Below are positions 51,387 to 64,000 of a DNA stretch of 64,000 nt, piece after piece. A model generated the notes under the pieces. That model did no database searches and was not told the DNA's origin. It saw only the letters and a list, made by a program, of their open reading frames with translations. The first letter of the stretch is position 1. Every line of letters starts with the position of its first letter. Location: the NCBI GenBank assembly GCA_965153455.1, contig OZ234494.1:1054001-1118000 (forward strand), read 5' to 3'. The DNA is from Sphagnum compactum (taxonomy: Eukaryota). A program made the translations under genes and the position numbers.

Positions 51387-54300
51387 CTATGCCAAAGAAG
51401 GCTTTTGGTTAGAAAGTTGTTCATTTGTGACAAACAGACCATGGAAGCCATAAGGAATTCGATGTGGCAACTTGAGAGATGTAACTATTTCAAGAGTTGG
51501 TGAACGTGCATCTAAAACAAGGAGTTTTGATACATTGGCAGTTTCGTCATGGTAATATGTGAGGATGTAGCCATCATCCTCCAAAATAGACGGATCCGTA
51601 CTACGGGGTACAAAATAGGGTTCACTACAATAACAATTTGCTGGGAATTTGTGCCAACCAACAACAGCTTGTCGTGTAACATCATTATTTTGTGAAGCTT
51701 CCAAGTCGAATTTGGCTATTCCTCCATATTTCGGGAATGGTCCTGACAATACTCCATACACATATCTTGTCTTCTTACATTGATACATCTTGTTGAATTG
51801 TCCACCATCAAAGTTGGCATTACTTGCAACCTCTTGTTTATATGCTTTTCCTGTCTTGAGGTTGAGATGAAATGTTGCTAACCGCAATTCAAGTTTGTCC
51901 GATTGTTGAAAAGTGAAATGGATTGGTGATAGTGTAGATCCAACCACAACAATCTCATCACCCTCCTCCCAAGCATTCACATAGTGGAAACATGTGCTAT
52001 CCGGAAGGTCAAACCACTTGATTCTTGCTTCTGTTGTGGCATTCCTTGGCAACACTCCAAACCTAGGGATCTTTTTATCATCAATGCAAACTGGTGATTT
52101 TGCATTGAACATCTCCTGCAAGAAAAATGTGGATTTGAAGACACCATACTATAATATGTCAAAAGTCTTAGATACCCATTCACATGGACGGACTCTATTT
52201 ATATTTACCTCATCTTGGCCTCACATAAAAACATAACAAATGCATTTCCCTGAGAATGGTTGAACTTATGTAAAGGTCATAATTATCTTTAACATGATCA
52301 ATGGAAGAAAAGAAGTCTTGAATCATTTGAAACGTCATATTGTTGCAACTCAAGTGCATGCTTGCATTCTAACTACAACAAAAATTAATTTTATTTGGGG
52401 AGGCCATAAATACCTGCAAGCGCAAGACAATTTGAGTATCTGGAAACACTATGTATTTGCTTGTGATTGCAAAGTCATGTATGAGACATGGTTCCGGAAG
52501 AGTGATGTTCACATTTGCACGTTTTCTCCCATCAACTGAAACTTTGAAGAGTGTTAGGTATGGAGCTTGGAAAAAGTTGACACTGTAACTGAACATCTCC
52601 CCTGTTTTGGGATCAATCTTTGGATGCGCCGTCATGTTGGTAGCTTTGAGTGCTCCTTTAAAATCATATCTACAACCAGAAGGTATGGGAGTCATTGATC
52701 TCTATGTGAACCATGCCCATGTCAGTTGCAAGCACAACATTGCATGTAATAGTCCTCAACCTCTAATGCCACAAGTTAAAATATGTATACTCTATAGATC
52801 AGGTGTGAATAAGATCACCTTATCTACTCCACTTGATATCCTAGGCTTCTTTGAAGGAATAAGGCATCCAAGATTGTTTGACCTAGATTTTCCACACAAT
52901 CATAATTTAATGCCCTTACTCTGTGTTCTATTGTAGTTTTTGACAATTAGTCATACATTTGTGCCAAGAAGATGGATTACTTGGAATTTTATATTTTCCA
53001 ATGTGATTGAGTAACCTGCACCTACATATAATCAATGAATGAAATACCTGCAGATAATGTATGATACATCATTCACAGTCATCAGTTCGGAGACTCAAAC
53101 AATATGGGGGAACTTTTTGTTGATTGTTTTCATAAAGGGAACATCTAGGTCAAATCCTTCACTTTGACTGGCAGGTTAATAGAAGCCCATTCTCCTCAAA
53201 GGGCAAGGCAACCCTGCCTTCAGAATATTTGGCCCCAGGTTTTTTTTTAATCGCATTTTTTGCCATTTTTGGACCTAGATATAAAGGATTTTGAATGGAA
53301 AAAATGGGTGAAATTCGCCAGATGTGTATAATAAGTTCCAGCAGGAAGCCAAATATTAGAAGGATGATTATTTTTCTTTGGCTATATCACAAAATTGGAC
53401 AAAGAAAACACTCTGCCCAATAGTCTAACAACTTAGAAATTTACAGTTAGATTATTGTAGTAACATAAAAGAATCAATCAGACTCTTGTTCAACCAGGGG
53501 GAAAGTGAACAAGCACATCTGAAAGTCAGCTAGGGAATTCCAAGCTCTCCTTGAATTCTATTTGTATAGGTGTTCTAATACGGAAAGGGAATGAAGCAGA
53601 GTTCGTTTGTAAACAAACTCTGAACCAGTGTACTATTTAGTGGTGGAATGTTGCCAGATTTCACCCATGAAATGGATTTGGCAACCATATGGCTTAAATT
53701 TTGATGGTGTTTGCAAAATCATTAAATGGTTTGGAGAGCTGGCCTCCTAGTTCAGCCAAACTCATTGTGTACTATCGCCCCCAGAGTCCAGACAGGAGTG
53801 TCAATTTAGACACAATCATAGAAACTTAGAAACTTCCATTGGACACCATTGTGAGGTTAATGACAATAGTCTTTGAGAATAGAGGAAGTTTAGAGCTGAA
53901 CCGGAGATTTTCAAAGTGCTCTGGTGGGTGCTAAACCAGCTATTACATGCAAGTCTGGAATCCCAACAGCTAAGGGAAAGGTCCCAGGAGGCTTAAGGAC
54001 CAGAGTGCAAGACACCAAACAAAAGCCTTTAAGGACTCGAGAGTGCAAGAGAGCAAACAAGAGACTTCAGTACTCAGGAGAGCAAGACACCAAACAAGAG
54101 CCTTAAGGAAGTCTAGAGAGTGCAACAGACTCAACGCGAGACTTAAGGACTCCAGAGTGCAAGAGAGGAAACAAGCTGTGCACCAGCGAAGTCTCGGGAC
54201 AAACTAGATCACGGGGTTTTGTTGGGAAGAACTCAGAACCTACCTTCCAATGGTGCGGAGGTCTCCATCGTCTGTGATATGAACGGCATAAGGTTGATCA

Positions 54301-55955
54301 TCCTCCGACATTGCCAGCAATTTTCCATTGAAGAACGCCAAGCCTGCATTGGCAGTCCCGGTACCACCAGCAGGGTCAAGCACACCTAACGTAGCTCGAA
54401 GACCAAACAGTGCTAAGCGTGCCAACCCAATCAACCCGTGTATCTCCCCCATCATCTTCGGAAACAAAGGCCTTCCTGCCTTCTCCTCTTGTATAAACCT
54501 AGTGCAGTTCAAGTTCACACCAAGTACAACACATGATTGCAATAAGTCCTTGTGAGCTTCATCATTTCTGGAGCTTCATTTAACTAGAACAATCGGGTAG
54601 AGTACATCCTGTTTCTATGGGACCCTAATCGTCTCTTTCCACTAGGCTGCTTACGGCACACTGCGTGTAACTGTGATCACAGCAGCCTAATGGAAGGCCA
54701 TGACATAGGGTCTTGTTTCTTACTGCACTCACAGTCACTTTCCAACTCTGATGAAAATAAGTAATTAATCATGTTAGGAACTCTGGAAATGCATGTTCTA
54801 ATGGAAAGCCCTTGATATAGCGATTTGGTGGAGGGTTAGTCGTTTTCCATTGGAGACCTGCAAATTGTGATGAAAATATGTAATTAATCATGTTAGGAAC
54901 TCTTGAAACACATGTTCTGATGGGAAGCCACTAACATAGGGTCTTGTTTCTTGCTGCATGGACAGTGGCTTTACATTGGAGAGCTGCAACAGTAACGAAA
55001 ATATGCAATTAATCATGTTAGATACTCTGGAAACATGTTCTCTTGAAGGAATACACAGATGTCATCGTATGGTGAGTCACTGTTTCACTCCTAGGTCTCA
55101 GCGCTCCTGAAATTGACCGGTAGAGCTGTGAGATGACTGTGAGCACACCTAATGGATCACAGCAGCCTAATGGAAAGATGTCCTTCGTGCGTACCTGTTG
55201 GTGCGAATGTAGCGGCAGCAATAGGTGGCTTTGCCGTCGCGGAACTTGACAATGTGCAGCATACCGTCGCCATCGAAGTAATGGTAACCAAAGCCCGGCT
55301 CATGGCGAGGATTGGCATCATTTCTCAAATACACCCCGCCATTCAAGCAGCTGGGGATAGTCCCGGACTCAATCTCCACGTTCTCGTCCGGAGGGCATTC
55401 ACGATCAACAGGTGCGAAATTTCCAACCGTGAACATCTCTGGGGCAGATGGGTTTATCAGAGGTGATACCGTTGTCGATCGGCCTACTTCTATCCAAGTC
55501 GCTAGTAATGTCTCAGCCGTGTTCAAAACTGCTTTCTCGATTAAATTACCGCCAGCTACTGATGATGCTGCTGCTGAGATCCGAGGTCCCACTTCCGCGA
55601 TCTGAGCTCGAACTTCTCTTCTTGTTGTTACAGCAGCGTCTCTGCGCGCCGAGTTCGAGTCATCAAAAGATGTCAACTGCAACTCCCTAACTACACGATT
55701 GCTACGAGTAATTCCAACTTGAATATGCTTCAATTGCGCATTCATGAAAACTGCATGAGATGGGTTATAAGTACTCATGCTCCGTTTCCAGATGAATGCA
55801 GGTGTAGGCAGCGAGCTAGTCGGTGATCTCCAATTACAAATTGCAGTATATGATATTGTTCTCTCCCGGGCTGCACCAGCTGCAGAATACTGACTCGGCA
55901 TGGCAATTGCAGGACTAGTACTCGGAAACAACATAGTACTCACGTGCAACGCCAT
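51387..55955 (-). CDS. Plastid carotenoid cleavage dioxygenase, NCED/CCD4 clade
   Basis: Exons 55955-55195, 54498-54244, 52669-52414, 52115-51387. [22 protein letters not shown] and all four Fe-binding His ([29 protein letters not shown]). Long transit-peptide-like N-terminus. Confidence 0.94.
53990..54172. repeat. Degenerate ~35-40 bp tandem repeat in CCD intron 2
   Basis: TTAAGGAC..AGAGTGCAAGA...AAACAA repeated about 5 times. Confidence 0.75.
54670..55180. repeat. Mosaic ~120 bp tandem repeat in CCD intron 1
   Basis: AATTAATCATGTTAG.A.CTCT.GAAA..CATGTTCT x3 (~54763, ~54882, ~55007). GATCACAGCAGCCTAATGGAA x2. ACATAGGGTCTTGTTTCTT x2. Confidence 0.8.
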
Positions 55956-56841
55956 GATGGTCAATATCTTTACTACTACTGCTAAGGACGTCTCCTGAAG
56001 AATCTACAAGCTAGCTCTCTCTCCCCAGTCCCTCAACCTCAGCTGAATTTTTTTGCAACAGCTAGCTTCACTACATGAGCTTTCAGACTCAAATTATCTC
56101 AGGCTCTAAAGATCTACTGCAACAGGACCCCACATCATCTTCTCATTCTTCTTTACAAACGAACTTTGGAATCCACAATGTCAGTCATATAGTTATGATC
56201 ACCTATTCCAAAGAAACACAAATCCTAATCCTTCACATCGCAACAACAACAACAACTTCTATTATCAAATTATCCACCAAAGATCCTTGACTGGTCATAA
56301 GCTTGCCCAAAAAAATTTATGAAAATTCTGTAACCCTCCAACCACTTTGAAAACGAAGGGATCAACAAAGAAGCGCTACAAAAATGCCAGAAAGGACAGA
56401 TTAGGTACATTGGGAAAGCAAAGAGCCTGCATAGGCCTGTGATTTACATGATTCTGTTGATTTATGGAACTGCAGATCATATCCTTCCCCTCCAATCCTG
56501 GGACTTCATTTGCATGCAGGTACACTTTTTCCCTCTAAAAGCTCCAAGTTGTCAAGAGGCCGCAGGGGTCACTTACATGCCATGGGGTCGGTCACTTTTA
56601 CATTTCAATGAAAATGAGGGAAAAACAATTACCTCAGTTCAAGCTGAGGGATTTTGTTTGATGGTTTTACTTTTGGAAGTAAATTTATAAAACGTTTAAG
56701 AAATAAACCAGGCTCGCCAACACAAATATTTGGAATGATTATAAATTTTGAAAAAATCGAATATCTATTAAATATATTTTCATTATTGATTAGTTATCAT
56801 ATTTTATCTTATTCATAAATAAAATAAGTAAGTACCAGGGG

Positions 56842-57138
56842 TGTGGCCTTGCCATTTACATTAAAAAGTGTCTTAAGGCAAACGAAGAATTATGGACACT
56901 CAAATATTTCACCAGACAAGAATATAATCTTCAAAAAATCCTCTAAAAGAAACCAAAATCCTTCAAGATATTTTAACTCTATAACAACTTGCAATACAAG
57001 CCAAAATATAATCTTTCAAAGATCCTCTCATACAAATAGACCTATTACCTAAGGGCCAAAATCCATTAAGCTCCTATAATCTATAATGAATCTAAACACA
57101 ATATTCTTGCGTTGGTAGGCAAGGCCAATAAACAACAA
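56842..57138 (+). repeat. Dispersed repeat, copy 2 (copy 1 at ~7820-8143)
   Basis: See copy 1. Confidence 0.88.
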
Positions 57139-57269
57139 GAGACATTTATCTCATCTTTAGTTCAGAACTACGGTAGTTCCCAAAAAGTACCCATCTCAGC
57201 CTCTGATTCCACTTGCATACGACAACTTTCCACTTGAAGTCCAAGCTGCTGGAATCTGCTACCTCCCCT

Positions 57270-57703
57270 TGCAATTGGGATAACAACTTGGCCACCTTTA
57301 GCCTGGGATTTATAAATAGCTTCTGCCACAAATAGGAAGCCATCTCTCCAACTGCATGAAAGGTTGAGAGCAATTGGATAACAACTTGGCCACCTTTAGC
57401 CTGGGATTTATAAACAGCTTCTGCCTCCAACCGCATGAAAGGTTGAGAGCAATTGGGATAACAACTTGGCCACCTTTAGCCTGGGATTTATAAACAGCAT
57501 CTGCCTCCAACCGCATGAACGGTTGAGAGCAATTGGGATAACAACTTGGCCACCTTTAGCCTGGGATTTATAAACAGCATCTGCCTCCAACCGCATGAAA
57601 GGTTGAGAGCAATTGGGATAACAACTTGGCCACCTTTAGCCTGGGATTTATAAACAGCTTCCACAAATAGGAAGCAATCTCTCCAACGCATGAAAGGTTG
57701 AGA
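57270..57703. repeat. Near-perfect 80 bp tandem repeat x5
   Basis: GCAATTGGGATAACAACTTGGCCACCTTTAGCCTGGGATTTATAAACAGC.TCTGCCTCCAACCGCATGAAAGGTTGAGA. First and last units carry an extra CACAAATAGGAAGC segment. Confidence 0.97.
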
Positions 57704-59072
57704 ATTGACGTTTTCAGCATCTATCTTTGCACAAGGTAAGGGACTTCTAAAGTTCTCTCCCCTTTTGTATATCCCCTTCTTCTGATTGGAGCCTTCATTA
57801 ATAAAGTACACTCCATCCATGTGATAGGTCAGGTTTCATGCAAATTACTTTTTTCCCTCCAAATTGGGACAACTACATGGCCCCCCCCCACCTTAATCTG
57901 TGCCCAATGAGTAAGGGAGTCATAAGATTCTCTCATTTTATGCATCCCCTTCTCCCCATCCGAGCCTTCATTAATAAAGTTTAGCAAGCTTACTGCACTA
58001 ATAGACTTTAAGACAATGTTGTGTCAATTTCTTAGGAATATAGTACATTCCATCCATGCAATAGGTTAGTTGTAGCGAAAATTTCATTTTCATTGTCAGA
58101 AGATTGTGTACTTCTAGAGACTTCCAAAACTTTGTTGAATCAATTTCTTAACAGTAGAGTGCACTCCGTCCATGTGATAGGTCAGTTATAGTGTTAAAGT
58201 TTTTTTTTGGGTTGGCAGCAGACATTTTACTTATAGCTCAAGCAGGTCTTGCAACTAAACTTGTGTGACAAGTTAAGTGCAACACAATCCTCAATATAAG
58301 TTTGGGCATGCTTGTTACAGATGTTGCCAATAAAATATTTTGGTAAGTCTCAGGTAAGACTTTACATGACATTATTGATGTGCATAGTACAACAATTTTC
58401 ACATTTGATCCATCATTTGTCACCATCTATCTGGGCTTACATTCTCATCTATTGTCTTTATGGAATTTCAACTTTTTTGAACAATTTTCTAGAACAACTT
58501 TCTGGAGCAATCTTTGTTAGATTTTCCATGGTTCCCTTTTGGAGGCTTAGAGCATAGGGTCAGCAAAAAATGGGTTTCATTGGCTGTTCAGACTAATTGG
58601 TTATTGAAACCCTTCAGTACTAAGCTCAATTTCAGTGAATCCCAAAATTAGTGCATGCCTGAGGCAGAGCTGAGCGGCACTTCCAACTGGCTTTTATGCT
58701 CTGAATTTGGTTTCTCTACTACTTTAGTAACCTTCTCTAAGCTAAACTTTCAATTGGGTTTTTTCAATGTTCCAAAAATGTTAGTGGCCTACAAGAAGAC
58801 AAAAAGAAAAGCTCCAGAGAAGTGGCATGGGAGTTTTGTAGACTGTTTTGAAGCTTTTTGAGATTTTGAGACTTTTGTGGAACTTAGTAACTGTTTTGGA
58901 GTTGAACATATCGTTTGCAGGGCCCAAACTATATCTCACTTAATCTTAGTTATAACCAGTAGAAAAAAGGGGGCAAGCGCCATAGCTGAAGAATGTACAT
59001 GGGCCCATGAAAAAGTGGCCGTGATAGTTCAATTTGCTGCATGGAATTGAAACCAATGTTGTGGGTATCTAA

Positions 59073-59402
59073 GGCCCACTTTAGACAAGGGTCTAGGGTC
59101 CAATTTCCTAGGAACCAATTTGGACTGATTTGAAGCAAATTGAATCCTTGAGTTGGACTGTACCTTTGTCCCTAGCCTAATTCTTGATTCTCCACATGAG
59201 GAGCTCTCCTGTCGCACTGTTTTTGTGTCTAAACCAATTGATTTTCCCTCCAAAACAGCTGCCATGTAGGTTTAGCCTCAATTTGCCACTTTTTGGTCTT
59301 GGACCCTTCTCTAAAGGCCTTGGGACCAACTTACAGCTTTTGACAATAAGATTGCTTGAATTCATCGGTCCCTGGACCTTGGTCCCTTGTCTAAAGTCGC
59401 CC
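59073..59402. mobile_element. Tourist/PIF-Harbinger-like MITE, 330 bp
   Basis: TIRs GGCCCACTTTAGACAAGGG...GTCCA and TGGACC...CCCTTGTCTAAAGTCGCCC; flanks TAA / TCA. Confidence 0.75.
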
Positions 59403-60409
59403 TCAAAATCAACTACAGAACTTTTAAACTGATTTTTCCTCAAAACCCCAGAATTGCTGATTCTTTGATTATGAAAGTTTTCAATCACCAGAACTGCTGG
59501 TTATTAAAAATATCAGATAACTACACAACACTGATTGAAACCAGGCGAAAAGAAATGAATGCAGTCAGTACAAAAGTGCTGCTGCGATTTTTTCCTCCAG
59601 TCTGCCCATTTTCTCAAGTGGCACACAGGCATGTTTTGTACTCGTAACCTCATATAATACGGCATGTTTTGCACTTGTAACCTCACATAACATGCCAAGT
59701 AATATGTTACATACCCCTTTATACCCCTCATGTGTTCAACCAGGACCCCATAGGTAATTGTCTTTTATTGAGCTGTGCCTTTAATAAAGGACTGCACATT
59801 CACCTGGTGGAATACCTTAATGGTATAACTTGCATGTACCTTGTGGACAGACATAGGTTATCTTTAGGAAACCTGACCAGGGTTTTTTGTATAAAATATA
59901 AAATGTGCACAAGTGGCAATAGGACATCCCTCTAATATGCCTTACTGGCTTCTTTTGACAGAGGATTATGTGCTTCTTGATCATTTGTTGAGTCAGTTTT
60001 TGGTACACATGGATCTTTCAAAAGAGTCCAAAGTGGCTATTCATGTTTTTTAGAAATAAGTTCACGTGGCACCCACAAAAAATTTCAAGTAAGTCTCATT
60101 GGCACCCCACCCAGAAAACCACCGGAGAATGTGGCTCCATTATTGAAAAGGAAGGAGAAACAAAGACAAAAAGTGACATTGATGCATCAAAGTTCAAAAT
60201 TTCAAACTTACAAACTAACACAAATATTTCGAAGGGGAGTTGAACCCCACTCTAATATCCAATGTAAACTCAAAGTTTCATCCATCACACCCAAATGTCA
60301 ATAAATCTCATAATCTCATAGGGAACCAAACAGAATCACAATTCATTGGACTTGTCCACATCATGAAAACACGAACACTTGAGGCTGGGGTTGTGAGAAG
60401 AATAGAACT

Positions 60410-61750
60410 TGTTAAGTGGTAGCACCAAGCATGGTAATAACCTCTTAATAAAAGAAGGTATATTGAATATAAAACTCTTGTGCAAACATGCAAAGAGTTG
60501 CGTCCAAATTGAACCTATTCGGTTGTGCATTTTAACTTTCATGAATGCAAGTGTGTGGAGAAAGTCCATTCATCTTCTATAAATCTAAGCATTGACATCA
60601 TTACAATTTCAACTAACTTAAAATATTCACTTAGTTGTTGAATGATCAAGTCATTATTGTTGATTGTGACCCACAACTTAGTCATTATATTAATATCAAA
60701 TGGTTCAACCATGGCCTTTGGTACATGCATCTTCATGAACTTAAAGAAGCACATTTGCAAATTCAAGAGGTTGGCATTCAAAGGTTTAACAACTTGTAAC
60801 ACCAGGGGTTTCACCTTCTTTGCTTCACAATAATTTTTCTTTATGATAATGAAATGTAAAGAGAAAAAAATCAACATCAAGTTACATCCAAAATTGTGGA
60901 TACATAATGTTGAAGACATTTATCAACTCAAAATCTAGAAATTGTTAATCCAATTTATTGATGAACATTTAGTTACAACAAAACATTGACCTTTCACATG
61001 CATGATGGATGTCTCAAAAGCATACTTTCACATAGGCTCATTAGCCCCTACAAGTGGATTGTGACCAACCATACATAAACAATTGTTTCCACACCATTGT
61101 CAGGTTAGTAACCCAATCTTAGGTGATTGTGGCGGAATTGTTTTCCACCACATCTTAAAACACTTGGATTTAATGCTAGTAGGTAGTTGTTGGATCAGAC
61201 AACATAAGGAGATGTATGTGGCAAATCTTTACAGCTATTACAAAGTCACAAATGAAGACCTCCCTCCTTGGCTGAAAGCACAATTAGGTGGACTATTTGG
61301 AGTGTCATAACAAAATCTCAAACATGAACCACCTAACCATGCTTTTACCCCCCCTTACGCAACTTGATCAAAACATTGATTGCTTTTAATAATGGTAGCA
61401 AACAAAACAAGCCTAGCAATGTGTGAAGATCACAAAAAAGGTCTAGATTCAACCTTGCTTGAACAACAAATACATTATCATAATCAATGTCTTATACTTT
61501 GCCATCACACATTTCAAAGGCTTCAACATGTTTATCCACTAAGTCTTCACATTTTGCCAAATTTTTGGGCCCTTATATCCATGATCTCAACAAGTTTAGT
61601 GAATTCCAAATGTTGTTTAAGAAAGCTGAAAAAATAAAAATACAATGACTTCAACAAATTCCAACTTAACCACCATACCCAAATTTGAATAACAAGATTC
61701 ATGTAATATTACAATTTCCAATTTTCTTTGAAAAAACATGTGGGGAGACG
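60410..61750 (-). mobile_element. Decayed hAT transposase fragment (C-terminal dimerisation domain)
   Basis: TKLWVTI...LSEYFKLVEIVMMSMLRFIEDEWTFST / MKVKMHNR resembles the hAT C-terminal S...ER.FS....K...RNR motif; many stops. Confidence 0.7.
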
Positions 61751-62503
61751 TGGGGAGTCCCAATTTTTGGGGTGTTTGGTATGGACATAGTAAGCCAGTT
61801 GCCAAAATAAAAGGAAAATATAATAAAACTTTATGAATCATTCCTTTAATCAAAAAAGAAGAAAATCAATTTGCAAGAAATTGTGCTACCAGAAACAAAC
61901 CACACAAGGTATTTACAAAGGTATAGTCAAAAGACAAGATCTTAAGTGAAAATATATGATTCTTAATCATATGCCTAAACTTTAATCAAAACTGAATTAA
62001 GGATAAACTTTTCAACACTTGCCCTTAAACACTACGTTCATATCCTAAATTAGAAATCATCAATATAATCAATTATCCCTTCATCATATCTTAAGTTTTT
62101 AACTAAATCAACTATTACTTATGCTTGTATCCCTTTCAGGGAGTTCTTCAACCTAGACTCCATCTTCCTTTTGTAAAAAAAACACATCAATTGCACTTTT
62201 ATATTTCACATGTTTTATTTTTAGAAACTTTTAGACCTAGGCAGTCAACAAACATTTGCATGTAGCGTACTAGGAGCCGTCCGTGTCGTGCCATGCCGCA
62301 TACTTTGCTGACTTTTGCTACCGTCGTGATGTCGTTATCTGCTGTCATCTACTCAAGCAGACGGGCATCGCTGGTAAAGACAACTCAGCTAGTTAGAGTC
62401 TTCCACGGTACCCACACCTAGGGATTCCCTCTCGCAATTTCTGGCAAATAGATGGATGATGCCCCGACAAAAAAATTGGCTCCTGTCATACACACTTTAC
62501 TCC

Positions 62504-62552
62504 TGTAATGGACACTAACAGGCATAATCTTGGCCTGTTAGTGTCCATTACA
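62504..62552. repeat. Perfect inverted repeat, 20 bp stem and 9 nt loop
   Basis: TGTAATGGACACTAACAGGC-ATAATCTTG-GCCTGTTAGTGTCCATTACA. Confidence 0.95.
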
Positions 62553-62759
62553 CGGCCAAAGCGTTTATAATAAGACACACAATTTTTGTGTTTCGGCACC
62601 ACCAAGATGTGCCCCAGCTGGGCAGTCAGGGAAATTTTTTTGTAGAGGATAGGTTTCTACTGTCTGCAATAAGCACCCATTGCTGATGTACTGTCCTCAG
62701 AAGAAGTTCCTGCCGGCTTGCTCACATCTGTCCAGTGTACTGTTGGAGTCTGAGAATTT

Positions 62760-63760
62760 GCATTATCTTTTCTTTGCAAATAACTCATTAGTTTTTAGGA
62801 CTTCAAATAGAACCTTCAAGTGCTCCATCTGTTCTTCTTTGGACTTGGAATATATTAATATATCATCCAAAAACATAAACACAAATTTACCTAGGTATTC
62901 TTGAAACAAGGAGTTCATAAGACTCATAAAGGTGGTTGGGGCATTTGTGAGCCCAAATGGCAATACAATAAACTCATAATGCCCATTATTGGTTCTAAAG
63001 GTTGTTTTTGGTATATCTTGTTCTTTCACACAAATCTAGTGTAGCCACTTTTCAAATCTATTTTGGAAAATATTTTAACACCATAAAAATGATTGAGGAG
63101 ATCATCTATCCTTAGTAAGGGATATTTATTTTTGATTGTGACCTCATTTAAACCTTTGTAATTCACACAAAGTCTAAGGGTGCCATTTTTATTTTAACAA
63201 AATGTACCTAGGCACCCCAAGGGGATTTACTACATCACAAACTTCATGGGCCACGATTTGATAATAATAGTCATGTGAAATTTTTTTCATAGGTTCATAT
63301 GGGATAAACATGAATGTCATTCATCTACATGTATCGTTTGAACATTGATGTCATGCACATCGTTTAGACACAAATGTCATATGCCTATTTGTATTGTTTA
63401 GTCACAAATGTTATATGTCTATTCATGTTGTTTAAACACAAAAGTTGTGCACACGACTTCTATGTTTAAATAATGCACAACATTCATGTTTAAACAATAC
63501 AAACCTATGAACCTTGTAAATTTGTGATGCAGGTTTTATGTACCTTTTTTCCAAAATGTCACTTAATTGTTTTTCCATTTCTTTATTTTTCATAAAACAA
63601 TGACGATAGGGAGTTTAATAATTGGTTTTGCATTACGGTCTAGGTCAATGGCATGACCCACCTCCTTAGTTGGTGCATCTTTGGTAAGTCTCTTTGAAAG
63701 ACATCAAAATATTCTTCTAACAAACTATCCAACAAACCATTCAAATCATTTCGTATCCCA
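62760..63760 (-). mobile_element. Ty3/Gypsy reverse transcriptase fragment, decayed and interrupted
   Basis: [86 protein letters not shown]. Confidence 0.93.
63233..63529. mobile_element. MITE (297 bp) nested in the Gypsy RT, TA target site
   Basis: Termini CATCACAAA...TTTGTGATG; flanks TA / CA. Removing it plus one flank restores the RT motif IKPSKSPWGA. Confidence 0.8.
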
Positions 63761-64000
63761 CAACCCTTGACTAGCTCATACATGTATATGGAAAACAATT
63801 CTACATTTCCATTGTAAAATTTTGAAAAGTGAGTTGCTAAAAGTAAGGCCTGCACAAGTTGGTGCATTATTCTTACACAACTTGAGGTTGTGCTGACTTT
63901 TTTGGCGTGTTTCAGGCAGTATGCCGGAAGGCGTTGGGTGCAGGGTGATGGCCATCCACTGGTACGGACCCCTTCTGGGTCCCTCAGACCACAAAAAGGT

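Noticed and set aside
57146-57820. Four overlapping ORFs with repeated peptides
   Set aside because: Artefact of the 80 bp repeat (not a multiple of 3); no coding signal.

Overview
Eukaryotic land-plant nuclear DNA. Moss-like introns and TGCAG acceptors point to a bryophyte; the repeat landscape resembles my recollection of Sphagnum (inference, not verified). Spliced genes reconstructed by hand: an atypical hybrid histidine kinase (-), a plastid SET-domain lysine methyltransferase with an apparent frameshifting deletion (+), a PUB38-41-like U-box/ARM ligase with a frameshift and eroded U-box (-), a head-to-head RPL10/RPL18 pair, NPL4 (+), CCS (-), a decayed TORNADO1-like Roc-COR gene (-) and an intron-containing NCED/CCD4-clade carotenoid dioxygenase (-). 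Between them are a non-autonomous Helitron, MITEs, CRE-LINE, hAT, pogo and Gypsy remnants and many local tandem repeats. I found no prokaryote-style system (CRISPR etc.). The best leads are: the sensor-less histidine kinase with an F-H-N-I-R-V-P H-box; the TRN1-like locus with a preserved C-terminal ORF and a candidate spliced microprotein/lncRNA just downstream; the dyad-symmetric bidirectional r-protein promoter; the palindromic telo-box array upstream of NPL4; and a perfect 20-bp-stem hairpin. Homology statements come from motif recognition, not database searches.
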